Below, piece by piece: positions 1 through 13,649 of a stretch of 64,000 bases of DNA (its first letter is position 1; each line of letters starts with the position of its first letter). The translations under genes and the position numbers were made by a program. The stretch comes from Chrysomallon squamiferum (lineage: Eukaryota > Animalia > Mollusca): assembly GCA_012295275.1 (NCBI GenBank), contig CM022667.1:17794001-17858000 (forward strand). Reading direction: 5' to 3'. The notes under the pieces are model-generated. The model searched no databases. It was not told the DNA's origin and saw only the letters and a list, made by a program, of their open reading frames with translations.

Positions 1-161
1 ATTTTTCACTTCTATTTTTAGCAGCATGAGTCATCGCAGAACCCTAAATCGTATTCTTTCTCACGTTCTCCACTGTCGTCTCTCCTCAAGAAAATGTGTC
101 ATCAACTTTGATTATTTATTTTTGTCAAAAATAGACTGATTGATATACGTTGTCGGTAAAC

Positions 162-196
<35 letters not shown>

Positions 197-303
197 TAAT
201 AATAATAAATAATAATAATAATAATAATAAATGGTCTTTCTTTCGTTTTATTTATTTATATATGAAACTGTTGTTCTTGGTTGCTGTTGTTGTTTTGTTA
301 TTG

Positions 304-362
<59 letters not shown>

Positions 363-1078
363 ATCGTAAAGAGCTTTTTAAGATTTAAAAAGTATTTTTA
401 AAATGATTATTGACGGTGTTGTTGTTACAGCTGCTGCTGATGATGTCCTAATTGTTTATTCTCATAAACTGTAAAGTTACAGTGTGTAGAAAAAAATACA
501 ATTATATTTACTGATCTGAGTTTACCTTCCTAGTCATGTGTCCAGAAGAAACAAATAAACACATTTTTTTAAAAAGAAGAAGAAATACAAATTGTTCAAA
601 CCAAACCACGCATTTTTATTTGCGTTACTGACATCGATGTTACAATGATTCATCGGAAAGAACTACAAAGATGAGTCGCATGCTGCGGTAGCTAAGTTCT
701 AATTAGATTAAATCAGTTCATTCAATTAACGTTATTTTTACCTGTGTAATAACATCGTATGTCCGTATCAAGCACTAATGGCTCTCTCCCTTGTAAATGT
801 AATTTTACGTAGTACGGAATAGCTTTTAATGAGGATGTACGTATGATGCTGTTTTCAGAACAAAACCTCATTAGAACGAATATTTATGGGTGACAAGTCA
901 GAACGTAGTGAAAGCAGGACTTACTGTCTTTTGTTTTAATGTTCATCACTATGCTTTTTCGGTTTGGCATTTTTTGTATTTCTTTTTATTATTATTATTA
1001 TTTTTTAAATTATTTTTATTATTATTTTTTAATTATTATTATTTTATTTTATTATATTATTATTATGTTTTTAAATTG

Positions 1079-1140
<62 letters not shown>

Positions 1141-1720
1141 TTTTAATTATTATTTAAATATAATATCTCCTTTCTTGCTTTTTCCTCTTAATAGCACAAT
1201 TCTTTCTCTCTTTTTTTTTTTTTTTTTTTTTAGTTTTTCTTTCATTAGTTCGTTCTTTATGCCTCAATTTTTTTCGTTCTTTCTTTCTTTCGATCACAAT
1301 TACATTAGATATTTTACTTATTTTTGAAATTCAGTTGATTCTTTTTACTCGTTTTTCTTTGCATCTATTTATTTTGGTTTTCTTCATTCATATGGCCATT
1401 CTTTCTTTACTTTCTTTACGTATTTCAACGAAACAGATAACAAGATGCTACAGACAGAAAAAATCATATTACGAGAAAGAATGATTAATATGTTTTTTCT
1501 CACACTTTCGTACAGACACAGATAGTGGGAGGCAGAGCCAGATAAATAGTGAGAAAAAACAGCTGGAAGAAAACAGTGGGGCAGAGAGAGAAAAGGAGAA
1601 TGAAAGAGAGCAAAAGCGACAGTGAAAGAGAGAAAGAAAGGAACATGGGAAACACGATTACCACACACGAAAATCTATAGTACTAAATACGGTTAAGAAT
1701 TTTAAAGAAGAGAAACTTAC

Positions 1721-2228
1721 AACTGTTGGAAGCCAAGTATTCTGACGTCATCATTTGTCTACGAAGAGACGTTTTGCCCACCCCTTGCGTTCCGAGAATA
1801 GCTACCCGGAAATACGAGGGTGCCGTGGATGAACTGGAACTATTGCAAATACTTTCAGCTGACGTAATACTCATCGTTCGTTGTCTTTGTACACAATCCG
1901 TCACAGTGTTTCCCGACGTCATCAAACTGTTTATGCTCATTTTGCGAACAGTGTCGCCGTGGTTGACCAAACCTTTGGAAGTTTTCTTGAACGATCGCAC
2001 TCGGCAGAGATCGTAGTCGGGAATGGACAGCTGGCCCATGACGTCGGGCAGGGAGAGGTAAACGGGGCAGTTGGGCATGCTGTTGGTCCTAGGACGTGTG
2101 TCTCGCGTCGTCGTCGTGGCGTTGTTCTTCCTGAAAGACCCGGACCGCGAGTGTGGCGCGGACACGGAGGCTCGTTTGTTGACGTCAGTCACGGCGAGCA
2201 GGTTGTTTTCATCCATAATCGATCTCAT
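1721..2228 (-). CDS. RGK-family (Rad/Rem/Gem-like) small GTPase, first coding exon (partial gene; later exons not identified in the window)
   Basis: ATG at 2228 follows an acceptor-like tttttAG at 2256-2255. The Ser/Arg-rich N-terminal extension contains RVRSFKKTSKGLVNHGDT, which resembles the invertebrate RGK N-terminal motif. It is followed by the G1/P-loop FRVAILGTQGVGKTSLRRQMMTSEYL, and the MTSEY ending is typical of invertebrate Rgk proteins. The exon ends at a phase-1 T|GTAAGT donor at 1720. The region is GC-rich relative to its flanks. Confidence 0.85.
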
Positions 2229-2339
2229 GTTTGAAACTCTGAACTGAATCCTCGCTAAAAACAAAACCGACTAGATAACAAACTTACACACACACACGTG
2301 TTTTGTTTCAAAGTTTCCACATCTGCATAACGTCGTCTC

Positions 2340-2500
2340 ACTGGCTGTTCTCCCGCTGGTTTCGCCTGTGCGGTTCTATCGATTGTTTTGTTCAGTCCAC
2401 TCGATGATATCGCTCTTATTGCAGCAACCCTGGACCACGTGCTTACTGGAAATAACACACTTATTCCCTAGCCAATCAGATGATTCGTGACGTGTACAAT
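2340..2500 (-). promoter_or_regulatory. Candidate 5' UTR exon and proximal promoter of the RGK gene
   Basis: High-complexity CpG-containing segment upstream of the acceptor, with a possible donor CCA|GTGAGA at 2341, a CCAAT box (gccaatca, 2471-2478) and a TGACGT half-CRE near 2488. Confidence 0.35.
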
Positions 2501-3573
2501 CTATAACGAAATCTCACGATTCGCATTAAGCTTAATAATTGACAACGAAACTGTTACATGCTTTGAAATGTAATGTGTGTGGGGAGAAAAATTAAAGAAA
2601 TAATTTTATAGAGGTGAATCAGAGTGCAGGATGCGTTGCTTTGAATGAAGATGGGAGAGGGTAGGACAGAATGAAAAGAGTTTACAGATTAAGGGAACAA
2701 TTTTAGTGTGAGGGTAATAAAATTAGAAAACGTTTTGGTGATACGTATACCGGATTGTCCCTTTGTGTGTGTGTTTGTATGTGTTTGTATATGTGTTTGT
2801 GTGTGTTTGTGTGTGTATGTGTGTGTTTGTATATGTGTTTGTGTGTGTGTATATGTGTGTGTTTGTATGTGGGCAAAACATCTATTTTAACATTTATTGT
2901 TAATTATTGTTACTTATCTTTCACTCAGAAGGTTGGTCCTGAACACCTTGACCGCTGTTTCCAACACGTGAGGTAAATTTGAGTTTTCACTCAAAGATTA
3001 AACTTGGAGACAGCCTTTGATAGATTACAATATCCTGTGTATTGATGTTTTCTACCGAAAATGTTTAATAAATATATTACTTTTTTAAGGTCAGTATTGT
3101 CATTTGTTTCTTTGTTCAGTGAGATTTCCTTTCTGCAGAGTCTGCGTAGGTTGTGAAAAGTTTAAGAAGACGTTTTCGATTTATTTTAATATGTGAAAAC
3201 ATAACTAACACTCTTATAATACCTATATGTGTAAATGCATGTAAACATATGTAAATAGTTACGTACCACATCTATTCATTCATATATTATTTATATATAC
3301 ACACAAACATACACGCACAGACGAGAACGTATAATTTATTTGTAAAAACCTATATACACACATACAAAATATATATATATATATATTAGCATAAAATAAA
3401 TTTAAAAAAATAACTCCAAAGAAAATAAATTAAATTCAGACACATGGCATTCAACATGAATTATTACAACAACAATCAAAAAAAAAAAAATAAAAATAAA
3501 CTATGAAAAAAATAAAAATGAAAACAATTATAAAAAATAAATCAATAATAAAAATAAATAAATAAATAAATAA

Positions 3574-3613
<40 letters not shown>

Positions 3614-3975
3614 ATAACATTCCCATGTCCTTCAACTCGTCTTTCGATTTCATTTGCAACATGTCGCAATCTAGGTTCAGTGTTAACTGTATTTTGCTGG
3701 GTCACTAATCAACGAGAAATGTCAAGAAACCGCGGGGAGTTCTGACAACAATGGCTGACGGGTGAATCCAAGAATCGAATGACTGCTGAACAAAATGTCA
3801 AAAATCAAAATTTACATTTTGTATCTAAAATTCTTCATCTTCTTCTTCCTCTTTTTCTGAATTTTTCATGTTTCATTTCTTCTTTTTTCTTCTTCAAAAA
3901 CAAGAAGTCTATACGTGTCCTTATAGAAGATATATATAGAGATGAAAAAGCGCGCCCGCGTGTGTTTGTTTGTGA

Positions 3976-4221
<246 letters not shown>

Positions 4222-6569
4222 GAGGTAATATGTGTGGCTCTGTGTGCTTGTATATGCATGTATAGGTGCATATTTGATTATTTATTTGTTATGTCCTGTC
4301 AGACATTATGCAGAACCATATTTATGAGTATGTTTATATCTGTTTCTGATTTCACCCTCCAAATCTGTCTTAGTGGAGAATAATTGATGTTGACCCACTC
4401 TATCAGACATGAAAATACCTTACGGAAGAGGAAGGATATGTTTGTATAATGAAGAAAAATCGATCTTGCTGCCCATCCATTCTCGATATAGTACTCTCCC
4501 ATATTTACACGCAGGTTTCATTTATACGTTAACATTGTTTCAGATCAACAGATAAATGTCTGTTTACTTACATACTGCGAGTCGCCGCTAAACATACTCC
4601 CACTTAAACATGTCCATAAAAATCACAAAAATTCGGAAAGGCAAGCTTCAAAATAATACAAAATAGTTACTGTGTTGTAATGATATTAAATGACGATAAA
4701 GAGTTTTACAGTTACAGATAAATTTTGTAATTTAATCTTTTGGAATCCTTCAAGGCATACTTTGTAAATTTTCGTACATTGAGAACAGTATTCAGATTTT
4801 GTATTTTTGAAGATGGTAGAAAGAAATCACAGAATATAAATAACAATTTTTTACTTATTGTTTTATTGATCTGATTTGTCAAGACAGTCAGAGAACAGGC
4901 ACAGAACTGACAAAATCACCCTGACGTCACGCAGTCGCTCTCACCAGCGTAATTATACTCACAGTATATTCTTACATACACTAGCTCACTAACTCGTAGA
5001 CACTTACATATTCATCTCATTCATTCATCCATTTATTCCTTTCTTTCGTGTAGCGTCAGTAATTAATTCATCAAAGCCAAGTATTCAAGTATCAGCTACT
5101 GGCTACAGTGACGAAGAAAACTTTCAGATTTCATGTCTATAACACAAATCATTCAATCACTTTTACTGGTCAGTCGATCGATGTTTTACTAATAAATATT
5201 CATTACTGTACAGATATTTCAGTACGTTGATTGATCTGTTACATGAACAGTACACTGAAATTTTCTTCATTATGTATGCTCAATTATAAACTTGTTTTTG
5301 CCGGTTAATTAATTAATTCGTATTATAGTTTGGATTTATTTTTAATTTTCTCTTAATCACCAGCGTTGTGAATAAGAAAGAAAAGAAACGTACTTAATTC
5401 ACGTATCAGATAACAGTAGCGGATTTCTGCGCCGTTTGATCTGGAAATAGATTATTGGACTGGTGGCTGTGATGTACACATCTAGATCACGTCTTTACCG
5501 ATAACAGAACTGAGAGAAAAACAAAATGTCTGTTTGTATACAGACCAACGCGACGGCCTCGTAATTGATTTTCCTGATTCCTTATTTCTCCTTTCTCTAA
5601 CTTTTCTTTATTCGTTCGAGTTTTCTCAGTCTAAAATAATACTCTGCCTCGTTGCCTGTTTCCCTCTTTGCAACATTTGTTTTCACTCTCGCATTCGATA
5701 AAGCAACATCGGTTCTCAACATTGTCCTTGCTCCTTGAAAGATTACCATATTTTCTTTGATTCATAAAACATGACTAAAAACTGAAATAATTTCAGTAAA
5801 AACAAACAAATAAAAAAGTACATAAACTAACACAATAAACAGAACTATTATTTATTAATGAATTCATTCATTCATTCTTTTTCTTTTTGTTTTTAGTTGT
5901 TTCTCTATTTATTTTATTTTATATTTTTATTTATTTATTTTATTTTATATTTTTTTTTTTTTTTTTTTTTGTTATCGCATTAAAGCTACTGATATGATTT
6001 CAGAAGCTCGATAAACATTAATGGTGTAAGACTGTTTATGTATGTATGTATGTATGTATGTATGTATGTATGTATATACTGCCTTGTTAAAGATCTATGA
6101 ATATAATTCTTACAAGTGCTACTAACACTTTTTCATGCAGAAACACAAGGCAAAAAGCGAGTTTCGTCTAAAACAAATAGGAAGGCGAGTACAGTGGTTT
6201 TCTTCAAGTAAGTAATTAACAGTCAAACAACTTTGGCGATAAAAATATCAGTCATGTAGGACCCCGATTATGACATAACAGACGAAGAAATTAACCAGGA
6301 ATTTGTTTCAAACAAGTGTTCTCAACGGTTGTACTTCATATATTAAAATAGATCATGAGATCTTTGAACACCCACCCACACATAGATCTACATATTCAAA
6401 ATATCGTATACCCAAAGGTTAATCAGCCAATTATATTTAAATGTGTGTGTGTGTATGTGTGTTTGTGTGTGTACACATACATATACACAAATCACATAAA
6501 TTTATACAATACTGACACATAAATACATTTTATGTTTGAAATGAAATATCAAGTGATATAACATTTTAT

Positions 6570-6990
6570 GTTCATTAAAAAGTGTTGACATCCCGTTACA
6601 GAAAATTCAACTTTTCTACTAATGTCATTTAACATTGTTTGACATCAAATATCCAGGAATAGAAAATAATGTTCCAATAATGTTATTAAACAATGTTTAA
6701 AATTCTATATGCAATGACTGAAAATAAGTACGTTGTAATGCTGTCATTAAACAAATGTTTGACATTCAGTATCTAATTATAAAACACCATTTAATAATTC
6801 TGTTTGGTGTCATTAAACAGTTTTTTCACACTAGAATCCAGGTATAGAACATAGTGTTATTACAGTTTGACGTCCAGTATCCTCTAGTGGTGTCATTATA
6901 TAAAAGTATGACAAGCAGAAAAATCATTTAAAGTATTTTATAGTGTTATTAAACGTGTTTCACATCGATTGTCCAGTGACAGAAACTCAT
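6570..6990. repeat. Decayed tandem repeat, about 55-65 bp period, about 8 units
   Basis: Recurring motif tgtYattaaacaNtgtttgacatc...atcca...agaaa near 6571, 6623, 6681, 6742, 6808, 6855, 6891 and 6944. Confidence 0.65.
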
Positions 6991-7631
6991 TTAGTCAGTT
7001 TTAGTCGTTTATTTACGCTCAGACGTAGTCTACGGCAAATGACGACATTTACGTACAACAATTAATATGATTATGATAAGGTGATGTACATAAGTATAAA
7101 AATACTCAAAATCAGTCTAAAGATCTGAAAAAATCATGATCTAACTACAAAATGGAAAACTTTTTCTAAGGACACCATGTTTTTTAAAGTTTATAAAACT
7201 TATATTTAATTTAGATTGACAGAAAAATGGCAGGAAACCATTTCTGCCATTATTAAAAATCATACATAAATCACATACATTTATACAAATAGAGACACAT
7301 AAATACATACTTACATATATATGTATTTATATGTCTGTATCATTAATGTATAATCAATAATATATAAATCATGTAATGTATAATCAAAGCTGTCGTAATA
7401 ATTACACAATTTATGTTTTAAAATGGTTATATTTTTCATGTTTCCGATTCATTAGGAAGATTATGATTCGAACGTTTAAACTGTAACAACAGAACGTAAT
7501 ATCTCTGTAAGTAAGAAATATATCTCGAATACAACAGTTTTTTTAAATATTTTATAATTTGAAGATTTTGTTTAGTGTAAGAATGAGTAGCAGGTTCTGG
7601 GTTTTTAATACATATGACTTTAACAAAGTAG

Positions 7632-7757
7632 CACGATGGACGCCTATACACAGTGGTCACGATGGACGCTATACACAGTGGTCACGATGGACGCTATACA
7701 CAGTGGTCACGATGGACGCTATACACAGTGGACACGATGGACGCTATACACAGTGGT
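7632..7757. repeat. 25-bp minisatellite, 5 copies
   Basis: Unit cacgatggacgctatacacagtggt starts at 7632, 7658, 7683, 7708 and 7733. Confidence 0.95.
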
Positions 7758-8480
7758 CCCACGTACACCTGGCGCTAACTCCAGTCTGTGTACCAGTCAT
7801 TTTGACTCTTTTCCTCTGCTTAATCAGTACCAAAAAAATGTTAATAAGTCATTGTTAGTTTCCATTTCGTGCAATAAGAATCACAATTATTTAGATATTT
7901 TTCTGTATCTTGTCATCTGCATGGAGTAGAACAAACAGACAACTGAGGTTTATCTTAAGGAATAGTTTTGACTAAAATTCAATTCTCTTGACTAAATCAA
8001 AACTTTGGTAAAAACTACAAATCTACAAAAAGGTTTTTTCCTCCGTGTTTTTATCAGTTCATTTAAACCATATAATGTAAACCATATATGGTCACTAAAA
8101 CTTCCTAAATCCAGTCTGAGCTTCGACAGTTTATTATTTGTTTCAAAAAACAACTTCAGTTGTTAAACATTTCAGCAGTGAAGTGTTTTTCAAGACTAAA
8201 TAGTTTATAATTTTCTGGATTAGTTTTATCAACTATTTTTGTAAATTGGCTTGATTATTCCAGTGAGGGAGGATACCTTTTCAAACATTAAATAAAAATG
8301 TTGACTGTCTCACACATACACACCCATATACATAATTATATTGTCTATTTTCTTGAGATTTCTAATTTTCCAATATTGGGCTAGCTAGTACTTTTGTTAC
8401 TTTCGAAATCTGTGGCAAAGGCTGGGTCTGGAATGTATCATCACTAATATTAAAAACTTTCAAATATTGGCAAAGTCATT

Positions 8481-9593
8481 TTTTGTATTTACAGCTCATG
8501 TTAGAACGGGGACAAAACAAATTCTACAACAAAAAAACAAAAACAAAAAAACTTCAAAAAACCCAGTTATTTTCTTCTTTTTGAAAACATGGTATAGTAC
8601 AGGCACTTGTTTTTAAGAGTTTCCTATTTTCTAATATCAGTAAGTTCCTGTTCTGTTTTCCAGGTCTTAAATGTTTTAATATTACCTTACTGTAATGTTT
8701 ACTGTCCTTTAGAAATCATTGTTTGTTTTCCATTGCATTCCTACTGTAAGCTGTTCTGAGTGATCTGCAGTGTCTACCAAACCAGGCCTAATTTCCACGC
8801 TTAGTGTAGATCTGGTTCATGTAAAGCCAAATTTACCGCGCTGTTCACAATGGTGTTAAGCTGTCATGGGACAAACATCCATTTATGTGTTTCTTTTTTT
8901 GTTATTTTTTTCCCCCTCTCTCTCACATCTCTGTCACAATCCTGTTTAAAAACTGTTTCCAAAATTTTCTTTTTCTTTCTTTTTTTCATCCCTGTTCCTT
9001 CTTCCATTTTCTTTTCTTTCTCTCAATCTCTCTGTTTCCTTCAATGCAAACACATCTTTTTTTTTCCTTTTTTTTTTTTTCCATCTAAAACATATCTTGA
9101 GAATATCCAACAGTCCTTCAGATTAATAAAAATAGAACTGCCCAAGGTTTTATTTGGTTCTTAATTTTTTTTCCCTTGCCTAAACACTTATTTTGTAGAA
9201 AATAATCCCGAAATGGAAATCTATTTATAAATGAATCGTTTGTATCGAAGAATGGCTGCCCGGGGTTTCTCAAATGATGAGCGATTTGTAATTTTATCTC
9301 AGTGATTTATTTATTACTCTTCTTCCTCTTTTCTTTGTTTTCATTGTTTTTTCATTCTTTCATTATTTCTATCTATCCTTCTGATTATCTTTGTTTTCCT
9401 TTGCTTCTCTATTTCATTCATCCTATTTTTGATATTTCCGTTTCTTCTGTAACAATTAATTAAATAATTTTTAAATGATGGTCAGTAACTAAAATATATT
9501 GAAAAAGAAGAAAACAACTGGGGTGTGTGGTGTTTTTTTTGTAGAATTTTTATTTGGATTGTCCCCGTTCTAACATGAGCTGTAAATACAAAA
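8481..9593. mobile_element. Putative non-autonomous DNA transposon remnant bounded by inverted repeats
   Basis: The 35-mer ttttgtatttacagctcatgttagaacggggacaa (8481-8515) is the exact reverse complement of 9559-9593, and imperfect symmetry extends on both sides. No transposase ORF or target-site duplication was seen. Confidence 0.5.
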
Positions 9594-11812
9594 CTGCCAT
9601 ATTCAATTATTTTTATTTAAGAAAATATCGCCGAACATAAAATAACAAGAGTAACAAGATTCCTTATTCAAATCGTACAATTTTGCCATTTTTCCCTGTT
9701 TCTGTACGAAATTAATTCTTAGATTATTTTTCACTTTTATTATTATATCGGAGAGAGAAAAAGAAAGAAGAAGAAAATTCTAAAGAAAAATTTCCATATT
9801 AATTTGTAGATTTTTCTTTCCATTTTTATCCTATTCCAACCCAAGTAAATAAACTGAATGAAAAACATTTCTTGTTCCCTTTTCACCGCTGTCATTATTA
9901 ATGAAGAGGTATTGAAGAAAGAAAATAAAACAGACTTAATGAAAAATATCCAGACCATTTTGGTCAATCTTCTTTCACTTTTATCTCGTTTCAATTGGAA
10001 ATAAATAAACACATATTCCTAGACCATATTTCATCATTAATATTATTACCATCATCAAGTGAGGGTCAGCGAACTAAAAACTAATTGAAAAGCATCAAGA
10101 AGACTGCGGGCTGTTTTTAACTGATGTTATAAAGTTTTCTTCCGAATTTGTCTTGCTGTTCTAAATCTGGTTCAACGAGATTCGAGAATAGCCGTTAAAC
10201 AACGTCTGTTAATTGCTGTCTAAAAATGGAACATAGTTAAAACCATAATGAAGCTAACCTGTCGGCTCCGCATTATACATGAGAAGTACTAACAAACTGA
10301 AATCAGGTTATGACAGTTTGATTTCACTGTGATGTCGCAGCTTTGATGCATCAAAGTAGGAAAAAATGGGTGATGAGAAAATAGTGTTGGTAAAGAAGTG
10401 GCTGGTTGAAATTATATGAGTGGCCATGAGGTAATGGCGTGGTTACTTAATGAATAGGTTTGATGGGGCGGGAATGGGTGTGACGGGACGGGAATGGGTG
10501 TGACGGGACGGTGATGGGTTGAAATGGAGCGAGGATGAGTTGTGCTGTATTAGGGCTAGGAGCTGATGAAGTGGAAACAATAGAATGTATCACAATAGGC
10601 TGAGGTGAAGAGAATCTGGGATATTATGTAGTGGGAATAGAAGAGAACTGGGCGTGACTGGGAACAGTCTGAGGATTAGTGGATGGACGAGGGTGAGACA
10701 TGAAGGGGCAGTGATGGGTCGGTCGTTCAGCGGGACCCGGGTCAGGCTGGGGTAGAATCTGAGTTGTGCTGGGATGGAGGTTGGTTAACGCAAAGATGGA
10801 TGCTGACTGACACTGAAAGGAATTATTCATTTGGAACAAGACAGCGGTTATGAGTTGTAGTTGATAGGAACAGGCTTAGCCGTGCTGACAGAGTGAACAA
10901 AGACTAATACTACAGCGACACCACATAACACTAACTGTAATCAGAAAACAACAACCATAAAAAATAACAACACAACAACAGCAGTAATAATAATAACAAC
11001 AACAACAACAACAACAACAATAATAATAATAATAAATATTATAATTAAATTGTCTGTTATAAATACTTCACAATTCAAACATCTCTGTCCAGGACGATGC
11101 CTAATAAGTTGGTGATTGATTCACTGAACAATGAAATTAGTTATATGGAACTAAAAAGGTTAATCATTTAATTTCACCAGATTTAAAAATAAAAATTAAC
11201 TTACGAAGCACTGGCCTTGGAAATAGAAAATTGATTTCGAGAAAAGATTTAGAAATCTTCACTCATATCTTGTAAGGAGACAGAAACAGGACAAATTTCG
11301 AGACGGTTCATTTCTTTTGGAGAAGATTTAGTCAATTATCACCGAGTAAAGTGAGTAATGAAAGTTTGTATAAAGTATTTAATGACTCTGAATAACGGCA
11401 TAAGTAAACTGAATATGTCTTAAAGCTACGCTCAAAATTGTTGATAATGGTGTTCAAGGTCTCTTTAATTTTATTTATACTTTTCTGTTATATCGCGGAC
11501 ATAAAAAAGAATACCCTGGAGATGTCTGCAATTAGCAGCTTCGGTGTTCAAATTGTTTAGAATAATAATTATGTGGTTCACGTCTCAGAAGTAGGTTTAC
11601 CACAGACATGCTTGACTTTTATGTATTTCGTCAAAGCTTAATCTGTGCCTAAATGTATGCTATTTAAACTTCTCTTTCTCTCTGTTTGTCTATGTTTACG
11701 TAGTTATATGTATATTTGTATGTGTATATGTATGTATATTTGTATGTGTATATGTATGTATGTATGTATGTTTATATGTGTTTGGATGTGTAAATATATA
11801 TATACATATATT

Positions 11813-11897
<85 letters not shown>

Positions 11898-13322
11898 TGT
11901 CATGGCAAATAAATTACTGTTCGTTAACACAAGGAATCTTTCAGCTATGAATAATCACACAAACAATCATGCCTCAGGCGACGATTCCACAAAAGTGAAC
12001 TAATGTCTTAAAATAACTCAGAATCTTTGTGACATTGGTTCAAAGCATATATACAGATTGTCATGTGAGTTTTATATGAAAATCTGACATGTTTGGGCTT
12101 TGCTAACTTGCAAACCAGCCCTGCAACCTCTGACCATCTGACCATCACGCAAGGCTTTATGTATGCGTAGGTGTAAACAAGAAATTTCTGTTTCGAGTGC
12201 ATCAGTTGACTTTTTCTGTTCTTATCTGTATATATGTACATATGTTTGTGTGTATGCCTGTGCGTGTATCTGCGTGTATATGTGTATGTATGTTTGAGTG
12301 TGTATGTATGTATGTGTGTGTATATATATATATATATTCGAGCTGTAATCAAGAATATATATTTGAAATAAGAAATCATATGTCTAATTTTACCATAGAT
12401 TTGTCTCCAGCAAGTATCACACATTTCATTATTTTCACGAATCAGTTGTTTACCACGAAGCCTGAACTGCCACACCTTGTTAAATTAAACTGTTTTTATT
12501 CCATCCGTTTTCTGTTCCCGTTAATATCGTGTGTCCATTTATAGATCTCTATCGTATTTCTTTAGATATTCCAGAAGATTCAAAACAGTTAACATTTTTT
12601 AAATATATTAAAATTTCTTTTTATAGCCTCATTTCATTTTTTAATTATTAGTAACTCATAATGTTCTTGTGGTCAGATAAAATTTCAGATTTTAACTGAA
12701 ATTAAATATGGATATGTGTGCATTGTGCATGAGTGCGGCGGGTGTGTCTCTTTTTAGAATAAAAATTAAATGCGTGTGTAAATAACTGATTGAGCTGTAT
12801 AACTAAGGTGAAGTGAATACTTGCAGTCGATGTACTAATTAGGAACTAATTAGTACACCGTTCTTCCTGAAACAGTGTGAATAATCAGAACTAAAATCCA
12901 TTATAACCTATATTTCTATAATATGTCTAAATACCGAATACATTACTACAGGTGGAATCAGAATTCATATTATTATCATAAAATTTATTTATTTGTTTGT
13001 TTTTTGTTTATTCACTCATTTATTTATTTATGTATTTGGTTATTTGGTTGGTGTCTTCTTTATTTATTTTATATATGTTCTATTCCTAATTACGTATTGA
13101 ATACATCAGCTCTGACTGGATTATAAAAATATAATTACATGTTTTAATATAATATCTGTGAAAAATCTGTTCTCTAAATATATTTTATAATCCAATTTAA
13201 AATATCTTGTAATCCATCCTTTTTAACTAATATTAAATAATGAGTTTATTAACAGAGGTTCATCCTTAAAAAAAGACCAGTTTGAAATGACTGAAATAGT
13301 TTGAACACAGCTCGGGAACTGA

Positions 13323-13649
13323 GAGCAGCCCGTCCCTTGTCACACGAGCAGCCCATCCCTTGTCACACGAGCAGCCCATCCCGTGTCACACGAGCAGCCC
13401 ATCCCTTGTCACACGAGCAGCCCATCCCGTGTCACACGAGCAGCCCATCCCTTGTCACACGAGCAGCCCATCCCGTGTCACACGAGCAGCCCATCCCTTG
13501 TCACACGAGCAGCCCATCCCTTGTCACACGAGCAGCCCATCCCTTGTCACACGAGCAGCCCATCCCGTGTCACACGAGCAGCCTATCCCTTGTCACACGA
13601 GCAGCCCATCCCTTGTCACACGAGCAGCCCATCCCTTGTCACACGAGCA
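13323..13649. repeat. GC-rich 23-bp minisatellite, about 14 copies
   Basis: Unit cacgagcagcccatccc(t/g)tgtca repeated head to tail without spacers. Confidence 0.97.

Noticed and set aside
1-1700. Second RGK coding exon
   Set aside because: I could not find an exon with G2/G3-like motifs and convincing splice sites. It probably lies outside the window.
1683-1720. C-terminal CKFLFFKILNRI of the listed 193-aa ORF as the real RGK C-terminus
   Set aside because: It is read-through past the GTAAGT donor at 1720, and the GTPase domain is incomplete at that point.
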